Origin: an uncultured Alphaproteobacteria bacterium
Lineage (GTDB): Bacteria; Pseudomonadota; Alphaproteobacteria; Geminicoccales; Geminicoccaceae
Reading direction: 5' to 3'
Length of the DNA stretch: 64,000 bases
Assembly: GCA_963731495.1 (NCBI GenBank)
Contig: CAVSVZ010000006.1
Location: forward strand, 7,178-71,177
Shown here: positions 45,251 through 54,313 of the stretch, in pieces
Numbering within the stretch: position 1 is the first letter of the stretch
How the letters are laid out: every line of letters starts with the position of its first letter
The notes under the pieces: model-generated
Told to the model about the DNA's origin: nothing
Seen by the model: only the letters and a program-made list of their open reading frames with translations
Databases searched by the model: none
Position numbers and translations under genes: made by a program

Positions 45251-47590
45251 ATGGCGAAGTTCGGGGTCGGACAGTCGGTGCGGCGGGTCGAGGATCAGCG
45301 GTTCATCACCGGTGCCGGCCGCTACACCGACGACATCAATCTGCCTGGACAGGCCTACGGCGTTGCCGTGCGCTCGCCCGAGGCGCACGCCAGGATCGTC
45401 TCGATCGACATCGACGAGGCCAGGCTCGCCCCCGGTGTGCTGGCGGTGATCACCGGCGCCGAGATCGAGGCCAACGGCAGCAATGCCCTCCCCTGCCTGA
45501 TCCCGATGATCAATCGCGACGGCTCGGACGGCATCAACCCCCTGCGCCCCGTACTGTGCACCGACCGCGTGCGCCATGTCGGCGACCATGTCGCGTTCGT
45601 GGTGGCGGAGACGCTGAGCCAGGCCAAGGACGCCGCCGAGCTGATCGCGGTCGAGTACGAATCCCTGCCTGCAGTGGTCGACACCGAGAGCGCAGCCGAC
45701 GCCGGCCGGCCGCTAGTCCACGACAACGTGCCGAGCAACCTCGCCTTCGACTGGCAGCACGGTGATCCCGACGCGGTCGAGCAGGCGCTCGCCGGCGCGG
45801 CCCACGTCACCAAGGTGCGGATCATCAACAACCGGCTGGTCTCCAACCCGATGGAGCCGCGCGCCGCGATCGGCGAGGTTGCCGGCGACCAGATCACGCT
45901 GCATGCCTGCACCCAGGGCGGCTGGCTGTTCACCGGCCCGCTCGCCGAGGTGCTCAAGGTCCCTCCCGAGACGGTGCGCGTGCTGACCCCCGACGTCGGC
46001 GGCGGCTTCGGCACCAAGGCGTTCTTCTATCCCGAATATGCGCTCGCGGTCTGGGCGGCGCGCCTGCTCCGCCGCCCGGTCAAATGGACCGGCGAGCGCT
46101 CGAGCGACGGGTTTCTGTCGGACGTCATGGGCCGCGACCACGTCACCGAGGCCGAGCTCGGCTTCGATGCCGACCACAGGATCGTCGGCATGCGCGTGCT
46201 GACCACCGCCAACATGGGGGCGTACTGCAACCTGTTCGCGCCGTTCATTCCGACGGGCGCAGCGCTCAAGGTTCTGCCCGGCGTGTATGACATCAAGAAC
46301 ATGGTCTACCGGGTCAAGGGCGTGCTTACCAATACCACCCCAGTCGATGCCTACCGCGGCGCCGGCCGGCCGGAATCGATCTATCTGATGGAGCGGCTGA
46401 TCGACGCCGCGGCGCGCGAGCTGGGCGAGCACCCGGCCGAGCTGCGGCGCAAGAACTTCGTCGACGCCGCCGCCATGCCATACAAGACCGCCGCCGGCGA
46501 GATCTACGATTCCGGCGAGTTCGCCAGGGTCATGGATGCTGCGCTGGAGGAGGCGGACTGGTCGGGCTTCGCTCAGCGGTGCTCCGAGGCGCAGGCGCAC
46601 GGCGTATGGCGCGGCATCGGCATGGCGTATTACATCGAATCGACCATGGGCGATCCGCAGGAGATGGCGGCGATCAAGTTCGAGACCGACGGCACGGTCA
46701 GCGTGGCCGTGGGCACCCAGTCGAACGGCCAGGGCCACGAGACCGCCTTTGCCCAGGTGCTGCACGTTCGGCTCGGCGTGCCGTTCGAGAAGATCCGGAT
46801 CGTCCAGGGCGACACCGCCACCCTCAAGCTGGGCGGCGGCACCGGCGGCTCGCGCTCGCTGACCGCCGAGGGCATGGCGATTCGCGATTGCGCTGATAAC
46901 GTGATCGAGCGCGGCCGCCACTATGCGGCGCAGGAGCTGGAAACCGCGGTCGCCGACATCGAGTACGACCGCGGCACCGCCGAGTTCGGTGTGATCGGCA
47001 CCGATCGCCGGATCGGCCTGCTGGATCTGGCCGAGAAGGCGCGTGCGTCGACCTCACCGCCCGAGGGCTTCGAGGGCGGCCTCGACGCCGAGGCAACCGC
47101 CCAGATCGACGCCTACACCTTTCCCAATGGCTGCCACGTCGCCGAGGTCGAGGTCGATCCCGACACCGGCGTGGTCCAGATCGTGAACTACGTCGCGGTC
47201 GACGACTTCGGCGTGGTGCTCAACCCGATGCTGGTCGCCGGCCAGGTCCATGGCGGGGTGGTCCAGGGCATCGGCCAGGCGCTCTACGAGCACGCGATCT
47301 ACGACGACAACGGCCAGCTGCTGTCGGGCTCGTTCATGGACTACTGCATGCCGCGCGCCGACGGTGTGCCGGCGATGAAGGTCTCGACCATCGAGGTGCC
47401 GTGCCAGAACAATCCGATGGGCGTGAAGGGCTGCGGCGAGGCGGGCTCGGTGGCATCGCCTGCCGCGGTGATCAATGCGATCATCGACGCTTTGGCGGAT
47501 CTCGGCGTGACCAGCGTCGACATGCCGGCGACGCCGCAGAGCCTGTGGCGGCTGATCCAGCAGCACCAGCAGCCGATCGCAGCCGAGTAG
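45251..47590 (+). CDS. xanthine dehydrogenase family protein, molybdopterin-binding (CoxL-like) subunit
   Basis: Starts at ATG 45251, MAKFGVGQSVRRVEDQRFITGAGRYTDDI.... 779 aa, with a typical aldehyde oxidase/XDH large-subunit sequence through to ...GCGEAGSVASPAAVINAI.... The upstream part of track ORF 44147..47590 is not part of the gene. Confidence 0.9.
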   Translation: MAKFGVGQSVRRVEDQRFITGAGRYTDDINLPGQAYGVAVRSPEAHARIVSIDIDEARLAPGVLAVITGAEIEANGSNALPCLIPMINRDGSDGINPLRPVLCTDRVRHVGDHVAFVVAETLSQAKDAAELIAVEYESLPAVVDTESAADAGRPLVHDNVPSNLAFDWQHGDPDAVEQALAGAAHVTKVRIINNRLVSNPMEPRAAIGEVAGDQITLHACTQGGWLFTGPLAEVLKVPPETVRVLTPDVGGGFGTKAFFYPEYALAVWAARLLRRPVKWTGERSSDGFLSDVMGRDHVTEAELGFDADHRIVGMRVLTTANMGAYCNLFAPFIPTGAALKVLPGVYDIKNMVYRVKGVLTNTTPVDAYRGAGRPESIYLMERLIDAAARELGEHPAELRRKNFVDAAAMPYKTAAGEIYDSGEFARVMDAALEEADWSGFAQRCSEAQAHGVWRGIGMAYYIESTMGDPQEMAAIKFETDGTVSVAVGTQSNGQGHETAFAQVLHVRLGVPFEKIRIVQGDTATLKLGGGTGGSRSLTAEGMAIRDCADNVIERGRHYAAQELETAVADIEYDRGTAEFGVIGTDRRIGLLDLAEKARASTSPPEGFEGGLDAEATAQIDAYTFPNGCHVAEVEVDPDTGVVQIVNYVAVDDFGVVLNPMLVAGQVHGGVVQGIGQALYEHAIYDDNGQLLSGSFMDYCMPRADGVPAMKVSTIEVPCQNNPMGVKGCGEAGSVASPAAVINAIIDALADLGVTSVDMPATPQSLWRLIQQHQQPIAAE

Positions 47591-47615
47591 CGGTCGCCGG
47601 GCGCCGCAGGAGGGC

Positions 47616-48220
47616 GTGGTGGCCAAGGATCTGGGGGCCAGGGACCTGAGCAGGCTGCCGGCGGATCTGCCGGTGCCGGTCGACGATGGCGGGTGCGATC
47701 ATCTGGCAGGCCAGGCGGTGCCGGTGATCGCGCTGCCGTCGACCGCGGGCCGCCAGCGTCGTGCTCGCCGAGACCGGCCGGCCGCGCACCGTGGTCTACG
47801 CCTATCCGCGCACCGGCGAGCCGGACAAGCCCTCGCCCGAGGGCTGGGACATGATCCCGGGCGCGCGCGGCTGCACGCCGCAGTCCTGCAGCTTTCGCGA
47901 TCATCACCAGGAGCTGCTGGAGCTCGGCGCCGAGGTCTTTGGGCTGTCGAGCCAGACCACCGCCTACCAGCAGGAAATGGTGGCACGGCTGCATCTGCCG
48001 TTCGAGGTGCTGAGCGATGCCGATCTTCGGTTCGCCAAGGCGCTGCGCCTGCCGACCTTCGAGGTGCCAGGCGAGGACGGGGTCATGACCCTGATCAAGC
48101 GCCTGACCCTGATCCTGCACGGCTGGTCGGATCGAGCACGTCTTCTATCCGGTGTTCCCGCCCGACCAGAGCGCGGAGGACACCATCGCCTGGCTGCGCG
48201 CGCACCCGATCCTCGCCTAG
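47616..48220 (+). pseudogene. peroxiredoxin-like (AhpC/TSA-BCP type) protein, two frame changes
   Basis: ...LPADLPVPVDDGGCDHLAGQAVPVIALPSTAGRQ | VLAETGRPRTVVYAYPRTGEPD...GARGCTPQSCSF...LIKRLTLILH | GRIEHVFYPVFPPDQSAEDTIAWLRAHPILA*. The shifts are near 47757 and 48120. Confidence 0.75.
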
Positions 48221-48305
48221 AGACTTGCAGGACGCAAACCTTGCAATCTAGGGCTCGAGCGCCTAAATGCCTTCAATGCAGGCGCAAGCATTGAAGGCAT
48301 GCCGC

Positions 48306-48545
48306 ATGGCACAGCTGACCGTCCGCAACCTTGATGACCAGGTGGTTCGCGCCTTGAAACAGCGCGCGGCGGCGCATGGCCGGTCGGCCGAGGCGGAGCA
48401 CCGGGAGATTCTACGGACAGTGTTGCTGCAAGGCGGCGCAAAGGAGAGTGTTGCCGCGCGTGCGGCGCGCTTGCGTAGGCGGCTGCGCTCTGACATCGAC
48501 AGTGCAACGCTGATCCGCGCCGATCGTGACCGTGACACCGCATGA
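48306..48545 (+). CDS. vapB: ribbon-helix-helix antitoxin (FitA/VapB-like)
   Basis: MAQLTVRNLDDQVVRALKQRAAAHGRSAEAEHREILRTVL.... It has an ATGA overlap with the PIN gene. Confidence 0.8.
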   Translation: MAQLTVRNLDDQVVRALKQRAAAHGRSAEAEHREILRTVLLQGGAKESVAARAARLRRRLRSDIDSATLIRADRDRDTA

Positions 48546-49003
48546 CGGGCTTCGTGGTCGATGCCAGCGTTGCGATCAAATGGCTGATTGATGAGCCGCT
48601 GTCCGAGCAGGCGGCCAGGCTCCTCGATGCCGACCTGCCGCTCCTGGCGCCTGAGCTGATGTACGCCGAGGCGGCGAACGCGCTTTGGGCGATCGCGCGT
48701 CGCGGCCAGATCCGCGCCACTGACGTCCGCAAGGCTCTCGACGTGTTGGCCGACGTGCCCATTGCAGTACCGAGCTCCATGAAGCAGCTCATGGCGGCGG
48801 CAGCACGGTTGGCAGGCGACCTCGACCATCCGGTGTACGACTGCATGTATCTTGCGCTGGCGCTCCAGGAGCAGCGTCCCGTCATCACGGCCGATCGTCG
48901 TTTCGTCGCCGTCGTGCAGGGCCACCCGTATCTTGCCGGTCAGGTCGTGAGCCTCGAGAACCCTGACCGCATAGGGTGGTTGGAAACCTCTGGGGAGGCA
49001 TCG
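48542..49003 (+). CDS. vapC: PIN-domain toxin VapC (no stop codon before the next gene)
   Basis: MTGFVVDASVAIKWLIDEP...DHPVYDCMYLALALQEQRPVITADRRFV.... The frame stays open into the GFA gene, which is why the track shows ORF 48542..49690. Confidence 0.7.
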
Positions 49004-49427
49004 ATGAGCGAACAGGTCCTGACCGGGAGGTGTCTTTGCGGTGCCGTGCGTTACCGCGCGAAGGGGCCGCCGCTGCGGGTCACGCCCTGCCATTGCGAGC
49101 AATGCCGGCGGGCGGGCGGCGGTGTCGCCCTGACCTTCGCCGGGTTCGAGGCAGACAAGGTGACCTTCGAGGGCACGCCGATGAAACGCGTCCGCTCGAC
49201 CGATTTCGCCAGCCGCGAGTTCTGTCCCGAATGCGGCAGCCCGATCACCTTCCGCTTCGACGCAAGGCCCGAATATGTCGGCGATCACCGTGGGCACGCT
49301 CGACGAGCCGGAAAAGACGCCAGCGACCCGGCACAACTTCACCTCGGAAAAGATCTCCTGGGTCCATCTGGATCCGCATCTGGCGGGCGAGCCGCGCTGG
49401 TGGAACCCGCCGCCGGGAAAAAGCTGA
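49004..49427 (+). pseudogene. GFA (glutathione-dependent formaldehyde-activating/CENP-V) family protein, one frame change near 49265
   Basis: RBS GGGGAGG. MSEQVLTGRCLCGAVRY...TPCHCEQCRR...FCPECGSPITFRFDARPE | SAITVGTLDEPEKTPATRHNFTSEKISWVHLDPHL...*. The 424-nt span is not a multiple of 3. Confidence 0.75.
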
Positions 49428-49434
49428 GGGGCGG

Positions 49435-50460
49435 TCAGCCCAGAGCCCTCATAAGCCAGCGCAGCGCGAAGGCCAGCGCGATCGCCCAGATCGCGATGAA
49501 CAGCGCGCCTACCCGCCAGTCCGTGGGTTTTTCGGCCATCGCCGCAGCCTCACGGCGATGTTCCGCGAGCAGATCGTCCGGAATCAGCCGGGCCGCCAGC
49601 AGCACGCCGAGCGGCACCAGGATCACGTCGTCGAGGTGGCCGACGATCGGGATGAAGTCGGGGATCAGGTCGATCGGGCTCAGCGCATAACCGGCGACCA
49701 GCAGCGCCACTGCCTTGGCATACCACGGCACGCGCGGATCGCGCGCCGCCAGAGAGATCGCAAGGACGTCGCGCCGCAGGCTGCGCGCCCAGCCACGCAG
49801 GCGCGCGCCGAGCGAGCCGCCGGCGAGCACACGCCAGACATAGACCACGACGATCAGGCCGATGATCACCTTGGAGACCTGGTCGACATAGCCCGCGACC
49901 CGCTGATACTCCGATTGCAGCAGAAAGCCGGAGGCGGTCAGTGCCGCGGTCCATGCCAGCGTGCCGATCGAGGAGTAGAGCAGGAAGGGGGCAAGCGGCA
50001 TGCGCGCCATGCCGGCCGGCAGCGAGATCAGGGTGCGCACGGTCGGCACCAGGCGGCCGATCAGCACGGCGATCCGGCCGTGGCGCTCGAACCAGCGGAT
50101 CGCCTGGCCGATCTCCTTCTCGCCGAGCGTCAGCCAGCGGCCGTGGCGGGCAGCAAAGGCGCAGACCCGCTGCGCGCCGAGCCACCGGCCGGCATAGTAC
50201 CAGGGCAGCGCGCCAAGCACCGAGCCGAGCGTGCCGGCCAGCACCACCAGCGCGGGGCTCAGCCGGCCCTGCGCGGCGACGAAGCCGGCGAGCGGCATGA
50301 TCAGCTCCGAGGGAATCGGCGGAAACAGGTTCTCGGCGAACATCATCGCCACGATGCCGATATAGCCGCCCTGGGAGACGATGCTGGTGATCGCGTCGAA
50401 CACCTGCGCTTCCGTGTGCGGGATCGGCGCCGGCTCGGTGCCAACGCGCCCGCCATCCAA
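49435..50460 (-). CDS. DedA (VTT domain) - DUF1232 fusion membrane protein
   Basis: The N-terminal half is DedA-like (GYIGIVAMMFAENLFPPIPSELIMPLAGF...RLVPTVRTLISLPAG). The C-terminal part carries the DUF1232 hallmark YALSPIDLIPDFIPIVGHLDDVILV. Confidence 0.8.
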   Translation of the reverse strand: MDGGRVGTEPAPIPHTEAQVFDAITSIVSQGGYIGIVAMMFAENLFPPIPSELIMPLAGFVAAQGRLSPALVVLAGTLGSVLGALPWYYAGRWLGAQRVCAFAARHGRWLTLGEKEIGQAIRWFERHGRIAVLIGRLVPTVRTLISLPAGMARMPLAPFLLYSSIGTLAWTAALTASGFLLQSEYQRVAGYVDQVSKVIIGLIVVVYVWRVLAGGSLGARLRGWARSLRRDVLAISLAARDPRVPWYAKAVALLVAGYALSPIDLIPDFIPIVGHLDDVILVPLGVLLAARLIPDDLLAEHRREAAAMAEKPTDWRVGALFIAIWAIALAFALRWLMRALG

Positions 50461-50506
50461 CGTCGCGGCTGCACTTCGAGTTCCGTAGATCCCGCGCGCT
50501 CGGGCG

Positions 50507-50629
50507 TCAGAAGCGCCCGGTCGCCAGGGTGAACATCAACAGCATGAGCACCCCGCCGATCGCGATGCCTGCGATCCACGCCCAGGGTCCGTATTCGTCG
50601 GACGCCTTGCGGTCCTCCTGGTCCAGCAT
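50507..50629 (-). CDS. unannotated 40-aa single-TM small protein
   Basis: Below the track cutoff. MLDQEDRKASDEYGPWAWIAGIAIGGVLMLLMFTLATGRF*, with GAGGAG 5 nt upstream and overlapping the panE-like stop. 37 of 40 third codon positions are G/C, like the surrounding genes. Confidence 0.45.
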   Translation of the reverse strand: MLDQEDRKASDEYGPWAWIAGIAIGGVLMLLMFTLATGRF

Positions 50630-50631
50630 GG

Positions 50632-51612
50632 CTACTCCTCGCCGGCAGCGATGCGCGCCTCCCAGGCATCATAGTCCAGGTTCGGCTGGTGGACACGCCG
50701 CTGCTGATGCAGCTCGCGCCCCTTGAGCAGCGCCACCAGCGCCTCATTGTTCGGCATCGGGATGCCCAGCGCCTTAGCCTCGCGGATCAAGGCACCGTTC
50801 AGCGCCTCGATCTCGGTCCGGCGGCCCGCCTCGACATGCTGCAGCATCGAGGGCTTGTTGAATTTCTTGTGGCACTGGGCCTTGATCTTGGCGGCAATCT
50901 CGGGATTGGGCAGCCGGATCTGCTTGGCTTTGGTGACCGCCATGATCTCGTCGAGCACGCGGTCCTGGAAGGCGTCGAGCTCGGGCAGGCGCACGATCTC
51001 GCCGCCCCGCAGCCCGGTGGTCGCGGCGATCGCGTTGACCGCGCAGTTGACCACGAATTTCTGCCAGATCAGTCCCATGACATTGGGCTCGTGCTCGGCC
51101 TCGAAGCCGGCGCCGCGCAACGCCTCGATCATCGCCTGGACCCGCCCGCTCTGGTCGGCGGTGCTGGTCTCACCGACCGAGGTGATGCCCATGTGGGTGA
51201 GCGTGACATGGCCCGGGCCGCGGCTAGCAGCGCTGCACATGGAAGAGCCGCCCAGCACGCGCTCAGGCCCCAGCGCCGCCTGTAGCTTCTCGACATTGCC
51301 GATGCCGTTCTGGAAGGTGATCGCAAAGCCCTCCGGCTCGAGCAGGCCGCCCAAACTCCCGGCGGCTTTGGCGGTGTTGTTGGCGTCGACGAACACGATC
51401 GCGACGTCGGCCGGACGGACGTCCAACGCGGCGCTGGCCGGCAGCCCGATCCGATGATCGCCGAGCACGCCGTCGACATGCAGGCCGTCCCCGTTGATCG
51501 CATCGACATGGTCCTGCCAGGTGTCGAGCAGCGCCACGTCGTGGCCCGAGCGGGCCAGATGCCCGCCATAGCTCGCCCCCATCGCACCCGCACCGACCAC
51601 CGTGATCTTCAT
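50632..51612 (-). CDS. panE: 2-dehydropantoate 2-reductase (ApbA/PanE family)
   Basis: ATG 51612, MKITVVGAGAMGASYGGHLARSGHDVALLD.... 326 aa, with the typical C-terminal domain. Confidence 0.85.
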   Translation of the reverse strand: MKITVVGAGAMGASYGGHLARSGHDVALLDTWQDHVDAINGDGLHVDGVLGDHRIGLPASAALDVRPADVAIVFVDANNTAKAAGSLGGLLEPEGFAITFQNGIGNVEKLQAALGPERVLGGSSMCSAASRGPGHVTLTHMGITSVGETSTADQSGRVQAMIEALRGAGFEAEHEPNVMGLIWQKFVVNCAVNAIAATTGLRGGEIVRLPELDAFQDRVLDEIMAVTKAKQIRLPNPEIAAKIKAQCHKKFNKPSMLQHVEAGRRTEIEALNGALIREAKALGIPMPNNEALVALLKGRELHQQRRVHQPNLDYDAWEARIAAGEE

Positions 51613-51717
51613 GTCCGTCCTCCCTGACTTCTGGCCTTTCCTACCGCACACCGTCGGCCCAAGCCAAGCAGCAGTGCGCATCTGGCATCTGTGTTACAAC
51701 CGACCGCGGAGAGGACG

Positions 51718-51957
51718 ATGGCGAAGCTCGAACCTCATGATTGGGTGATTGTCGGTGCCGGTGCCGCCGGTCTGGCCAGCGTGCTCGCGCTGACCGGGCG
51801 GTTGCCGGGCCATGATCCGGTCGCGGGATCGATCCTGCTGCTGGAGCGAGCAACGGCCGGGCATGGCTCGAGTCTGCACAATCCGGGCCGCGGCCAGGGT
51901 GGCTTCCACTACCCCGACGTGGCCACCGCCGAGGCCCTGCAGGACCTGCTCGCCCAC
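51718..51957 (+). pseudogene. N-terminal fragment (~80 aa) of an FAD-dependent oxidoreductase
   Basis: RBS GAGAGGA. MAKLEPHDWVIVGAGAAGLASVLAL...LLLERATAGHGSSLHNPG.... Similarity stops at ~51957, where the opposite-strand fragment begins. Confidence 0.45.
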
Positions 51958-52610
51958 CAGCCCTGCTCCTCCGCCTCGATCAGGGTGGTCTGGTCGACGT
52001 CGCCGTCATCGGGTGACGCGAAACGCGCAACCACGGCCACCAGCCGGTCGTGTGCGCAACACCTGGCGCCATTCCTGAGGGCCAGGACCGACGCGCGGCC
52101 GCTGGCATCGATCGCGAAGCTCGCCTCGATGATGCGAAGCACGCCGCTCGTGCTGTGCAGCTCGAACCGCCAGCCGCGGGCCGAGGCGTGAGCCTGGATC
52201 CGGCCCCGGGCCGGGCAATGCGCCACGCCCCGTGCTTTGGCAGCATCGCGCAGCAGTGCGTCGAAGGCAGGGCGATCCAAAAGCCACGCGTGGCCGTGGG
52301 CCCTCGGATCAGATCCATCGCCTCGATCTGGTCGCTGCGCCAGGCGGCGCGGTTGGCCAGGATCGGCAGATGGGGCCCGGCACGGAAGGCGTCGGTGAGA
52401 CCCAGCGCGCGCATCCAGGTCGAACCTTGCGCGGGAAGACATTGACTGGTTCGCGCGGCAGCGGCGGTATCATGCCGTGCGCCCAGCAGCATGACCCGCG
52501 CGCCGCTCTCCGCCAGCGACAGCGCGGCGACCGAGCCGGCCGGACCATCACCCAGGATGGCCACGTCGAACCAGGCATCGGGGCGCTCCGGTTCGCGTGT
52601 CGGGATGCTC
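51954..52610 (-). pseudogene. frameshifted, 3'-truncated FAD-dependent monooxygenase/halogenase-like gene
   Basis: ...DAWFDVAILGDGPAGSVAALSLAESGARVMLLGAR... is in the frame of ORF 51980..52792. Then ...WLLDRPAFDALLRDAAKARGV...FAIDASGRASVLA...TTLIEAEEQGWW follows in the frame of ORF 51909..52442. There is no obvious start codon and the C-terminal third is missing. Confidence 0.5.
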
Positions 52611-52666
52611 GGTCTCCTGCGACGCTGCCTTCCATGCCATAAGAGCACGAAGACCTGGAGGTCGCG

Positions 52667-53218
52667 ATGACCGAAGCTGACGAGAGGCACTGGACGTTCG
52701 AGCAGTTTCTGGACTGGGACGACGGCACGGATCGCCGCTACGAGCTGGTCGACGGCCGGATCGTCGCCATGGCGCCGCCGAGCGAGGCGCATGCGACGAT
52801 CGTCTCCAACCTGGCTTACGCAATCGGCGATCAGCTACAGCCACCCTGCCGCGTCCTCGGCGCGTTCGGCGCCAGGCTCATGGCGCGCGCTGACAGTCTT
52901 TATCAGTTCGATCTGGCGGTCACCTGCGCACCGGCCGAGGGAGGGCGGCGCTATGTCGCCGACCCGATCCCGATCGTCGAGGTGCTGTCGCTATCGACAC
53001 AGCTGCATGACCGCAGCCGTAAGCTCGACGACTACCGCCAGCTGCCAACGGTCCAGGAGATTCTGCTGGTCGCCAGCGAGCAAAGGCGGGTGCAGCACTG
53101 GCGGCGCGACGGCGCGCGCTGGATTATCGAGGATCTGATCGCCGATGCCGACCTGCGCCTGACCGCGGTTCCCGATCCCATCCCGCTTGGCGCCGTCTAC
53201 CAGGGCAGCGGCGTGTGA
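52667..53218 (+). CDS. Uma2 family endonuclease (DUF820)
   Basis: 183-aa ORF with ...RYELVDGRIVAMAPPSEAHA...PIVEVLSLSTQLHDRSRKLDDYRQLPTVQEILLV.... Confidence 0.8.
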   Translation: MTEADERHWTFEQFLDWDDGTDRRYELVDGRIVAMAPPSEAHATIVSNLAYAIGDQLQPPCRVLGAFGARLMARADSLYQFDLAVTCAPAEGGRRYVADPIPIVEVLSLSTQLHDRSRKLDDYRQLPTVQEILLVASEQRRVQHWRRDGARWIIEDLIADADLRLTAVPDPIPLGAVYQGSGV

Positions 53219-53285
53219 GCCTCGAGGGAATCCGCACCGCACGACCCGAACGCATTCCCTGGCCTGATAGAGGTGCGCCTCGGTC

Positions 53286-53819
53286 TCAGACCGGCGTTGT
53301 CTTGGCGGGGATCTTGTCCTCGATGCTGTGGCCGCGCTTGGGGATCAGCATGGTCCGCTTGAACGCCATCACCAGGGTGCCGTCGGCTTTGTAGGCGCGG
53401 GTCGCGATGGTTACGATGCCCTGGGTCGGGCGCGATTTGCTGGGGCGCTTATCCAGCACCTCGGATTCGGCATACAGGGTGTCGCCGTTGAACACCGGTG
53501 CCGGCATGCGGATGTCGGTCCAGCCCAGATTGGCGATCGCCTTCTGGCTGACGTCGGACACGCTCATGCCGGTGACCACGGCTAGGGTCAGGGCGCTGTT
53601 GACGATCGGCTGGCCGAACTCGGTGTGGCGCGCATATTCGCGGTCGAAGTGCAGCTGGTGCTGGTTCATGGTCAGGAGCGTGAACCAGGTGTTGTCGGCC
53701 TCGGTGATCGTGCGTCCGGGCCGGTGCTCGTAGACGTCGCCGACCGCAAAATCCTCGAAGCAGCGGCCGTAGGATTCCCGGTAGCGCTGCTTTCCGACCT
53801 CGACCGCCCGCGCCACCAT
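53286..53819 (-). CDS. MaoC family (R-specific enoyl-CoA hydratase-like) dehydratase
   Basis: 177-aa ORF with ...FAVGDVYEHRPGRTITEADNTWFTLLTMNQHQLHFD...VFNGDTLYAESEV.... Confidence 0.85.
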   Translation of the reverse strand: MVARAVEVGKQRYRESYGRCFEDFAVGDVYEHRPGRTITEADNTWFTLLTMNQHQLHFDREYARHTEFGQPIVNSALTLAVVTGMSVSDVSQKAIANLGWTDIRMPAPVFNGDTLYAESEVLDKRPSKSRPTQGIVTIATRAYKADGTLVMAFKRTMLIPKRGHSIEDKIPAKTTPV

Positions 53820-53880
53820 GTCTGCTCTCCCCCTTGAGATATGCTCGGGACCCGCGTGGCTTCGCGAAGGTCGAACCTGG

Positions 53881-54309
53881 CTAGCGTGGGGTCTTGGTGA
53901 GATCGCTCATCGCCTTGCGCGCCTCGGGCAAGGCGCCGGCGCAAAAGCCGAGCACCGCGGCGAGCACCGCGGACTGGCCCGGATGACGCTGCACCCAGGC
54001 GATCGCTTCGGCGGTCGCATCGCCCCCTCCCGTCACCGGCCGTCTGGGCGGTGACAGCGGACGGCTCAGGCGACCGGCGATCAGGCAGAGCACGCCGGCC
54101 AGCAGTAGCAGGACCAGCCCGACCAGCAGCGCCGCGACCGGCGGGCTGAGATGGCGCAGGAGGTAGAGGTGGAGCGCGTCGATCAGCCCGATGAAGCCGG
54201 CGATACCCAGTCCCACCGCGACCACCAGCAGGCCAAAGGCCATCGCGAGTCGAGCCAGGCTGAAGCGAGGCAGCCCGAGCAGTGCGACCAGCTGTGGGAC
54301 CGGGATCAA
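53881..54309 (-). CDS. membrane protein downstream of DUF883 gene (YqjE/holin-family-like), tentative
   Basis: TTG 54309 lies 4 nt after the DUF883 stop. The protein has three hydrophobic helices. The longer track ORF (to 54441) overlaps the upstream gene. Confidence 0.4.
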   Translation of the reverse strand: MIPVPQLVALLGLPRFSLARLAMAFGLLVVAVGLGIAGFIGLIDALHLYLLRHLSPPVAALLVGLVLLLLAGVLCLIAGRLSRPLSPPRRPVTGGGDATAEAIAWVQRHPGQSAVLAAVLGFCAGALPEARKAMSDLTKTPR

Positions 54310-54313
54310 GGCG

